DNA of 31,496 bases, taken from a virus (Duplodnaviria > Caudoviricetes). Location of the stretch: the IMG/VR virus record IMGVR_UViG_3300044676_003853, positions 1 to 31,496 of that record, one strand, 5' to 3'. The translations under genes were made by a program, and so were the position numbers. Below, one piece after another: positions 25,294-31,496 of this stretch (positions are counted from its first letter, which is position 1; every line of letters begins with the position of its first letter). Under the pieces are notes generated by a model. That model was given only the letters and a program-made list of their open reading frames with translations, was not told where the DNA came from and searched no databases.

Positions 25294-25776
25294 ATGACAG
25301 CGACTCTAACAATACCTGATTGGGAAATGGCCAAGGGCAAGCCGTGTTGCGCTGTCCTGGCTTGCGCGGTGGCCGCCCAGCGGCCATTCAAAGATGCCTG
25401 GCAGTTTATGACCAAGCGCCGGACTGGCCGGTGGCGGGGCAGCATGTTTGACCGAGACATATTCAAGCTGCTCGATCACTTGGGTGTAAAATACAAAGCG
25501 ATCACGGGATTCGACTTGATTGCGAGGGGTAACCCAACGCTGGAACGGTGGGCCGCCAACAGAGCCAAGCCTGACCAGCTCTACTTCATTGTAACCACTG
25601 GCCACGCTCAGACGTTGTTCAACGGTACAGTCATGGATCAGCGGGGGCCAAAGCCACTCGCCGAGTTCTGGGGGCGCAGAAAGCGGATCAGGTTCGTTCT
25701 TGAGATCGCGCTGCCAGCTGGTCAAGACCCAGCGACATTTGGATTGCCTCTGTTTGACTTTGCGGGGGCTGCATGA
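25294..25776 (+). CDS. Putative papain-fold (Cys-His-Asp) protein
   Basis: CCAVLACAVA helix, then YFIVTTGHAQTLFNGTVMD. Confidence 0.5.
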   Translation: MTATLTIPDWEMAKGKPCCAVLACAVAAQRPFKDAWQFMTKRRTGRWRGSMFDRDIFKLLDHLGVKYKAITGFDLIARGNPTLERWAANRAKPDQLYFIVTTGHAQTLFNGTVMDQRGPKPLAEFWGRRKRIRFVLEIALPAGQDPATFGLPLFDFAGAA

Positions 25777-25943
25777 TGCTTGAGTTTATCAAATGGTATC
25801 TCGACAACCAGGCCGAGATCGAGGGCACAGAGAGCAGCAACGCTGCTCCGGCCAAGATCATCACTGAGCTGAAGAACCGCACCTGGTCCATGACCCATGA
25901 GCAGCGGTGGATCGTTCACCAGATATTCGCGGAGGCAAAATGA
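25773..25943 (+). CDS. Hypothetical protein (56 aa)
   Basis: Not in the ORF track. MMLEFIKWYLDNQAEIEG...IFAEAK; ATGA-coupled at both ends. Confidence 0.65.
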   Translation: MMLEFIKWYLDNQAEIEGTESSNAAPAKIITELKNRTWSMTHEQRWIVHQIFAEAK

Positions 25944-26077
25944 CAAAAGATGATTTGATCGGGTTTTTTATTCTGATGCTGTTCACTCTTGGCTGGTTCG
26001 ACTGGCTGTGGATGTTCGGTGTCGAGTCCAGCCGCAGTTGGACTTGGTGGGCTTTGATCGCTCACTTTGGCAAATAG
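25940..26077 (+). CDS. Small Trp-rich membrane protein (45 aa)
   Basis: Not in the ORF track. MTKDDLIGFFILMLFTLGWFDWLWMFGVESSRSWTWWALIAHFGK; GGAGG RBS. Confidence 0.65.
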   Translation: MTKDDLIGFFILMLFTLGWFDWLWMFGVESSRSWTWWALIAHFGK

Positions 26078-26089
26078 GAGGAAAAAATA

Positions 26090-26425
26090 ATGATGGATGA
26101 TTTGTTTGATACACCAGCTTATAAACTGGCAAGGCGGGATGACCCGTCAACAAGCCATGCTGCAGCTGCGTCTGTAAACGTGACCGCGCTGGAGAAAGTG
26201 GTCTATGACACGATCTGCAGCTTTGGTGATCGAGGCTGCATCGCTGACCAGGTATGTGATGCGCTGCCTGGATACAGATACAACAGCGTGACGCCCAGGT
26301 TTAAGGCTCTAAAAGAAAAGGGCCTGATAATTGTAGATGACCGTAAAAAGAAAGGCGGCAGTGGCCGCCAGCAACTTGTGATGTGGGGAAAGGATTTTTA
26401 CCATGCCAAAGCTCTCACCCGATAA
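26090..26425 (+). CDS. Winged-helix DNA-binding protein
   Basis: ARRDDPSTSHAAA...SVTPRFKAL.EKGLI...G.SGR.Q family pattern; AGGAGG RBS. Confidence 0.7.
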   Translation: MMDDLFDTPAYKLARRDDPSTSHAAAASVNVTALEKVVYDTICSFGDRGCIADQVCDALPGYRYNSVTPRFKALKEKGLIIVDDRKKKGGSGRQQLVMWGKDFYHAKALTR

Positions 26426-27410
26426 CCATTTATCCGGCAGTGTCATGCCGGCCTGGCTGGGGTATTCGCCCTGGCAGAGTCCTTATGATGTGCTTGAGGC
26501 TGCAAGGAACAGCGTCAAGGGCATCGAGCGGCCACCCTTGGATAGCTTGCCAGCTGACATCGGGACCGAGGCTGAGAACGTGATCCTGGACCACGGGATG
26601 CGGATGCTCGGCCTGGACCCTGATAAGATTGGGACACACAGCCACACAGAATCCAAGAAGCACCCGCTGATGGAGCTGTATTATACTGATGACGGGTTGT
26701 ATACTCTTGAAGAACCGATGGAGTTCAAAACAGATCCGGCTAAAAATATTTACGTTATGACACAAAGCGGCTCATTGTTTGTGGATTGTCCTCTGGTTTT
26801 GGAGGCCAAGTTCACAACAGTTCACAGACGAGCTGATGACCCGCCGTTGTATCGAGGGCCAATCCAGCTGCAAGCGGGTATGATGTGCCACGGGTATGGC
26901 GCCGGCATCTTGTTTACTTGTCACCAGGGGCGTGAAATAACAGCTCACATATTCCGCAGTCATGTGGAAACCCAGACGGCAATCAAACGAGCGGTTGCCA
27001 GTTTTGAAAAGCACATGAAGGATGGCACCTGGCCCGATCCGATAACACCGGATGAGGCCGTGCAGCGGTTTGCCCAGGTGAAAGAGGATGAGCCGCCAAT
27101 CGAGCTAGACCCTGACCTGGCCGACTCAGTGAAGCAATACCAGGCTGCAGTCGATGCTATCAAATCGGCAGAAGAAACCAAGGCAAGTGAGGCCACCAGG
27201 CTGATGACCGCCCTGGGCAACTACAGCGCCGGCAATGTTGTCGATGCCAAGACGGGCAAACAATACCAGGTTAAATGCCCGATGCGTAAATACAAGGGCA
27301 AGCCAGCTGAGAATTGTCCCAGCTGCAGCCACGAATTAAAAGCCGCAACACCGGAGCGGGAGATCCGGCAAAAGACTGTCACAATTAAGGAGCTTAACAA
27401 TGGCGAATAA
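26403..27410 (+). CDS. YqaJ/lambda-exonuclease family protein
   Basis: LSGS.....LGYSPWQSP, G...E..I, DG, LEAK, QLQ motifs; adjacent to recT. Confidence 0.8.
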   Translation: MPKLSPDNHLSGSVMPAWLGYSPWQSPYDVLEAARNSVKGIERPPLDSLPADIGTEAENVILDHGMRMLGLDPDKIGTHSHTESKKHPLMELYYTDDGLYTLEEPMEFKTDPAKNIYVMTQSGSLFVDCPLVLEAKFTTVHRRADDPPLYRGPIQLQAGMMCHGYGAGILFTCHQGREITAHIFRSHVETQTAIKRAVASFEKHMKDGTWPDPITPDEAVQRFAQVKEDEPPIELDPDLADSVKQYQAAVDAIKSAEETKASEATRLMTALGNYSAGNVVDAKTGKQYQVKCPMRKYKGKPAENCPSCSHELKAATPEREIRQKTVTIKELNNGE

Positions 27411-28347
27411 TCTGCCAACACTTGCACCAGCCAACATGACCGAGGCCATCGAGTTTTCAAAGATGTTAGCGCAATCTGAAATGGTGCCAAAAAATTATCA
27501 CCGGAAGCCGCAGGATATTCTTGTGGCCATGCAATGGGGTTATGAGGTCGGGCTGCAGCCGCTCCAGGCTTTGCAAAACATTGCGGTAATCAATGGGAAG
27601 CCCAGCATCTATGGCGATGCAGCTCTTGCCCTGGTCAAAAACCACCCGTCATGCGCCGGAGTATCGGAGCGGGTTGAGGGTGACGGCGACAACAGGACCG
27701 CTTATTGCACAGTTAAACGCCGGTACGGTGATGAAATCGAGGAAACAACCAGGACGTTTTCGGTTGCTGATGCAAAACGTGCCAGGTTATGGGGCAAGCA
27801 AGGCCCCTGGTCACAGTATCCAGACCGGATGCTGGCCATGAGAGCCAGAGGTTTTGCAGTCCGTGACGGCTTCCCCGATGCGCTGAAAGGCATCATCACC
27901 CAGGAAGAAGCCCAGGACATGCCAAAGGAACCCGTCAACGTGACGCCGCCGGACAATCCATTGGACGCCATAGCAGCTCCGACAGCGCCGGAACCTGAAA
28001 TTGTGGTGGAAGATACTGTTGAGACTGTAGAGCCTGTTGTAGAGCCACCAGAGGCCGAGGAAACACTGGTCGAATATCAAATGGTGTCTGCCGCTGGCAA
28101 GACGATGGGTGATCCCGCAACTTGCCTGGATGATTTCGCTAATGGGTTTCTTAGAGCGATGACCACATATGTCCAGGCAACTAAGACAGCCGGCGGTAAA
28201 GAGCTGACGCCCAGGGAACGCATGACAATGCTGCGGCAGCTGCGTGAAAACAACCAGGACACTTTGGATCAAATGTCTGAGGCAGATATGCAGATCATCA
28301 CTGAGGCGTATAAGAAAAACCTGGCAGCACTCGGAGCATCACAATGA
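27400..28347 (+). CDS. recT: RecT-family single-strand annealing protein
   Basis: VPKNY..KPQDILVAMQWGYEVGLQPLQALQNIAVINGKP, W.QYPDRML..RA..FA.RD.FPD.L.GI...EE motifs. Confidence 0.85.
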   Translation: MANNLPTLAPANMTEAIEFSKMLAQSEMVPKNYHRKPQDILVAMQWGYEVGLQPLQALQNIAVINGKPSIYGDAALALVKNHPSCAGVSERVEGDGDNRTAYCTVKRRYGDEIEETTRTFSVADAKRARLWGKQGPWSQYPDRMLAMRARGFAVRDGFPDALKGIITQEEAQDMPKEPVNVTPPDNPLDAIAAPTAPEPEIVVEDTVETVEPVVEPPEAEETLVEYQMVSAAGKTMGDPATCLDDFANGFLRAMTTYVQATKTAGGKELTPRERMTMLRQLRENNQDTLDQMSEADMQIITEAYKKNLAALGASQ

Positions 28348-28556
28348 AAGCAGGACTAACAGAAAAGCAGCGCAACATCTTTGACTTTATCCAGGCTCAC
28401 AATATGTCAGCTGGTGTGAGTCCAACGCAAAAAGAAATGGCTGCTCATTTCCAGACCAGCGAGTCTAACATCGCAAAACACCTGGCCGCAATCGAGCGGC
28501 GAGGATGGATACAACGGGCCAAGGGATTAAAGAACGCCCTGACTATCCTGCCATAA
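28344..28556 (+). CDS. LexA-like N-terminal DNA-binding domain protein (no peptidase domain)
   Basis: LTEKQRNIFDFI......GVSPTQKEMAAHF..S......HL.AIERRGWI.R......A..IL. Confidence 0.8.
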   Translation: MKAGLTEKQRNIFDFIQAHNMSAGVSPTQKEMAAHFQTSESNIAKHLAAIERRGWIQRAKGLKNALTILP

Positions 28557-28560
28557 CACC

Positions 28561-28587
28561 AAGCCCCAGCTTAACGGCTGGGGTTTT
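28561..28587. terminator. Terminator between convergent operons
   Basis: AAGCCCCAGC-TTAACG-GCTGGGGTTTT located between the two converging stop codons. Confidence 0.8.
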
Positions 28588-29035
28588 ACTTTATCAGGCC
28601 GGTTCTATAACCGTTCACCTTGTCATAGGTGAGAGTCTCGCCCCGATTACCTTCAGCCACATAACTGCAATGGATCCAGCCAGTATTGCCACCGGTGTAA
28701 CATTCAAGGATGAGCTGATCGAAAGCCAGGTTCTGCTCGATCCAAACAGCCAGGTCATAATTATCCACACCAGCCACCTCAAAGTCAGCGGCCTCACCTT
28801 TTGCGTGTTGGCTGGTAATCTTGCTGCCGATTGCCAGGCATAACTCAGGAGATCTGTACCCAGATGAAACCAGGAACGGGCCAAACTCATTACGAACCGG
28901 TTGCAAAATATTTTCACAAAGCTGGGCCATCGAGTACACTTGTTCGGGGTCAGGTTCATTTGGCAACCTTTTACGTTCAGCTGTCTGGCTCTTGACCATC
29001 TCAGCTAACGTAAAGTTCTTTGACAGATTCATCAC
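28586..29035 (-). CDS. Endolysin, peptidase M15A family
   Basis: NLSKNFTLAEM.KS.TA.R, SSGYRS, SQHAKGEAADF, FDQLILE, WIHCSY zinc-peptidase motifs. Confidence 0.9.
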   Translation of the reverse strand: MMNLSKNFTLAEMVKSQTAERKRLPNEPDPEQVYSMAQLCENILQPVRNEFGPFLVSSGYRSPELCLAIGSKITSQHAKGEAADFEVAGVDNYDLAVWIEQNLAFDQLILECYTGGNTGWIHCSYVAEGNRGETLTYDKVNGYRTGLIK

Positions 29036-29145
29036 TTGCCCTTTTTCATTTTGGCCAGGGCCGCTTTACGCAGCTTTGGGTTTTTCTTATCGTCCTTTGA
29101 CGGGCGCCCCACCTTTGACCCATATGTTCCTTTACCGTATGGCAT
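29032..29145 (-). CDS. Small basic protein (37 aa)
   Basis: Not in the ORF track. MPYGKGTYGSKVGRPSKDDKKNPKLRKAALAKMKKGK; coupled overlaps at both ends. Confidence 0.7.
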   Translation of the reverse strand: MPYGKGTYGSKVGRPSKDDKKNPKLRKAALAKMKKGK

Positions 29146-29297
29146 TACGCTTTCCTCATTTTCTTAGTGGCGCTTTTTTTTAGAGCTGATGCAGTGGGTG
29201 CGCCAGGCTCCCCAGGTTTACGCATCTTCTCTCCGCTGCCGGCCTTTATCCGTTTGCGCTTGGCATGGATGTTAGCCCAGAGTCCAGGACGTTTCAT
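29145..29297 (-). CDS. Small basic protein (50 aa)
   Basis: Not in the ORF track. MKRPGLWANIHAKRKRIKAGSGEKMRKPGEPGAPTASALKKSATKKMRKA; recurrent marine-phage motif. Confidence 0.7.
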   Translation of the reverse strand: MKRPGLWANIHAKRKRIKAGSGEKMRKPGEPGAPTASALKKSATKKMRKA

Positions 29298-29671
29298 TTT
29301 TTCATTCCCTTCAACGATCTCAGTCCAAAGCTGGCTGCAATACTAGCATAAACTGCATACTGAAACCAGTCAGGTGTACCATCCAAAGCAGCAAAGCCAC
29401 GCTCTACATAAGGCTGGGTAAACGGGATGAAGCACATAGCAATGATAACAATGAACAATATTGTCCACGCCTCATCCTTCCAGCTATTGTCACTGGCCTG
29501 AGCCATGATCTTTTCCCAGCCAGCTTCATGTGTAGCTGCAGTCACCATCACCTGTGCTTCTGCTTCTGCTTTTGCTTTGGCAACAACGCCTTTAGCCTTG
29601 GTCTGTTCCACCTTTGATTCCATCCAGGAACCGGCTAACGATGCAATAGGCCCGATCAATGCTTGAATCAT
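29294..29671 (-). CDS. Putative holin
   Basis: Start re-called at ATG 29671 (MIQALIGPI). SWKDE motif, hydrophobic segments, ASFGLR and basic tail; upstream of the endolysin. Confidence 0.65.
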   Translation of the reverse strand: MIQALIGPIASLAGSWMESKVEQTKAKGVVAKAKAEAEAQVMVTAATHEAGWEKIMAQASDNSWKDEAWTILFIVIIAMCFIPFTQPYVERGFAALDGTPDWFQYAVYASIAASFGLRSLKGMKK

Positions 29672-29874
29672 GTGCTTAATTTTCCTTTCGGCAAAGCTTG
29701 GCATTTCCACGATACTGGCTTATAGCCTTTCATGTACACATGAACGCTTCTAGCCATCTCCATAGCCCTAGCCTCGCACCTTTCGTAAGACCTATACGGC
29801 CCCTTTTGATCTTCTAGCTGCCAACATTCTGTCGGCTGGAAAACCATACAAGCGAGAACAAGGGCTTGAAACAT
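29668..29874 (-). CDS. Small Cys-containing exported-type protein
   Basis: MFQALVLAC...C...GPY...C...WKC pattern; GGAG RBS. Confidence 0.6.
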   Translation of the reverse strand: MFQALVLACMVFQPTECWQLEDQKGPYRSYERCEARAMEMARSVHVYMKGYKPVSWKCQALPKGKLST

Positions 29875-29883
29875 ATCACTCCA

Positions 29884-30195
29884 TTACTTTTTGCTCATCC
29901 ATACAGACGTACCCATATAAGCACCAACAATACCAGCACCAGCCAAATAAAATAAATTGCTTATGTCGCCCAACGCATTAACTCGCTCAATGCTCACAAA
30001 AAACATTGCGAATGTAAAAATGCCCATTGAAACAAGAGTCGCTGTAGCCATGCGCCGCTGGGCAAGCAGCTTCCGCAGCTCTGCTTCTTCTTGCTTTATC
30101 TCTTTTGCATGGGATAATTCATCATCAGTAATCACTCCATCACCATCAAGATCGTACTGAGAATAAGTTGTATCTTTCTGGAATTTTTTTGTCAT
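29884..30195 (-). CDS. EF-hand-loop membrane protein (2 TM)
   Basis: DLDGDGVITDDE loop followed by two hydrophobic segments ending IVGAYMG. Confidence 0.65.
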   Translation of the reverse strand: MTKKFQKDTTYSQYDLDGDGVITDDELSHAKEIKQEEAELRKLLAQRRMATATLVSMGIFTFAMFFVSIERVNALGDISNLFYLAGAGIVGAYMGTSVWMSKK

Positions 30196-30686
30196 ATAAC
30201 AAACGCCTTTGCTACACTAACCATTAGAAAAACAATCAACGCAAATGCTATAGCTACAATCAAACCAATTAAAAGAAACTGTTTAACACCTTCTTCAAAC
30301 TCTCTATCTGCTTGTATCTTCTTGCGTCTAGCTATAGCCTCTGCTTCCTTGGCCTCTTGAATACGCTTGGCTCTCTCAGCTATAATCCCAGCCCAAGTGC
30401 CATGACCAAAACGCATATCAACCATAGTCGCTACTTCTTGTAGCTTCTCAGCGGCAATCTTAGCGTCAATGATTTCTTTAGCTACAGTGTTCACACCAAA
30501 CTGATCGCCTAAACCAGTGCCAGACTTCTTGGCTCTAGCTTGCTGCACCTGTTTTTCACCAGAAAATAAATCGTCTATCTGGCTGGCTATCTGCCCTATG
30601 TCTTGAGCAGTGCTAATATTTTCCTTGATGAATTTTACGGATTGCTGGACTAACGCAATACCAGTTAGCACTTCAGCAACTACCAT
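30192..30686 (-). CDS. Coiled-coil protein with C-terminal TM anchor
   Basis: 164 aa; RFG.GTW..I..ERA motif; hydrophobic C-terminus. Confidence 0.65.
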   Translation of the reverse strand: MVVAEVLTGIALVQQSVKFIKENISTAQDIGQIASQIDDLFSGEKQVQQARAKKSGTGLGDQFGVNTVAKEIIDAKIAAEKLQEVATMVDMRFGHGTWAGIIAERAKRIQEAKEAEAIARRKKIQADREFEEGVKQFLLIGLIVAIAFALIVFLMVSVAKAFVI

Positions 30687-30687
30687 G

Positions 30688-30858
30688 TCAGCCTCGCAAG
30701 ATTACACTCAATAAAAGCAGGATCATAGTACCAGCAGTACCAATCATAATGTGTTCAATGCGTTTAATACGCAGGATAGTTTCCTTCCAGCGTTCTGCAC
30801 ACACGGCCTCATGTGTATCCATCTGAGCCTTTACAGATTCGGCTGTTGGCTTTGCCAT
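30688..30858 (-). CDS. Small membrane-anchored protein (HEAVCAERW family, 56 aa)
   Basis: Not in the ORF track. MAKPTAESVKAQMDTHEAVCAERWKETILRIKRIEHIMIGTAGTMILLLLSVILRG; TAATG coupling. Confidence 0.7.
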   Translation of the reverse strand: MAKPTAESVKAQMDTHEAVCAERWKETILRIKRIEHIMIGTAGTMILLLLSVILRG

Positions 30859-31406
30859 TAGACTGTCTCAGGCCAATTGTTTATGGTTGCATTGCCAGTC
30901 GGGTTGCCATCGCTATCCACAGGCACATCATACAAAACCATAAACGCAGCCAAATCACTAGCCGCTGTGATAGCTGCCTCGATTGTGTTGCTTGCTGTGC
31001 GTACCGCTGCACGATATGTAAGCGTTGCACTAGGCACAGTATAGTCTGACACCTCTGCCGCTTTGATAACCATCCAATCTGTCGGGGCTAGCAAGCCACC
31101 AGCCTGTGCCTTTACTGTGGCAATGGCTTGTGACTTGAGGCCAAGCGTCACGACCTGTTCGCCATCAGCGTCCAGCAATGGGTTGCCATCTTCGTCAACT
31201 TCATTCACATCATCCAGTGCTTTAGCCACACCGGCTGACCAGTAGAACCGCCCATCAAAGCTGGCTGGGTCATCTTCCCAGACCAGCCCCTTGGCGGCTT
31301 TGGTTGCGTCATCCCACAACATCCAGTTAGCTGGGTGCTGTATTCCGTCATTGTCTGTCCACGCCTTGCCGGCTCGGACGATGCGACCACTGTACTTGTA
31401 TGCCAT
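30858..31406 (-). CDS. Tail fibre assembly chaperone-like protein
   Basis: LLAPTDWMVIK..E......YRAAVR and terminal WP motif; directly after the fibre gene; GGAG RBS. Confidence 0.65.
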   Translation of the reverse strand: MAYKYSGRIVRAGKAWTDNDGIQHPANWMLWDDATKAAKGLVWEDDPASFDGRFYWSAGVAKALDDVNEVDEDGNPLLDADGEQVVTLGLKSQAIATVKAQAGGLLAPTDWMVIKAAEVSDYTVPSATLTYRAAVRTASNTIEAAITAASDLAAFMVLYDVPVDSDGNPTGNATINNWPETV

Positions 31407-31418
31407 TGTAAATCTCCG

Positions 31419-31496
31419 TTATCTGGCGTTAGCGTATTTGAATGGATGTTCGGCAAAGGCGAGGTAGATATAATTCCCGCTAGAATTATTCCAAGT
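31419..31496 (-). CDS. Tail fibre protein, C-terminal fragment
   Basis: Own translation TWNNSSGNYIYLAFAEHPFKYANAR*. YIY.AFAE.PFKYANAR is the typical C-terminus of the fibre family that begins at 176. Confidence 0.75.
   Translation of the reverse strand, partial: TWNNSSGNYIYLAFAEHPFKYANAR

Noticed and set aside
31491-31496. CCAAGT at both window ends as a terminal repeat closing the circle
   Set aside because: Only 6 bp. Joining on it puts the two fibre fragments out of frame and gives a protein far too short, so sequence is missing.

Overview
A near-complete, circularly permuted genome (about 50% GC) of a small podovirus, most likely infecting a marine Alphaproteobacterium (host is an inference from gene families). 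The window opens and closes inside the same tail-fibre gene, whose middle is missing. The minus strand carries a T7/BPP-1/epsilon15-type virion module: TerS, TerL, GNAT-fold protein, portal, Bbp19-like protein, scaffold, major capsid, decoration protein, tail tubular A and B, four internal/ejection proteins and tail fibres. It also carries a lambda-O-like replication initiator with four internal iterons, RusA, an Arc-like repressor and a lysis cassette (M15 endolysin, holin, membrane proteins). A short plus-strand early operon encodes small unknown proteins, a YqaJ-like exonuclease, RecT and a LexA-like DNA-binding domain. I found no DNA or RNA polymerase, primase/helicase, integrase, tRNA or CRISPR array. 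The most notable observations are: (1) a ~1,240-aa ejection-locus protein carrying both a ParB/Srx-like domain and a Zeta-toxin-like P-loop kinase; (2) a dif-like Xer site next to a DnaA box in a phage with no recognisable integrase; (3) a structured RNA leader with a duplicated internal-loop motif upstream of the capsid gene; (4) fully interlocked divergent promoters; (5) about 4-fold CCWGG enrichment in the core that drops to zero across the tail-fibre module. All family assignments come from motif recognition by eye, with no database searches.
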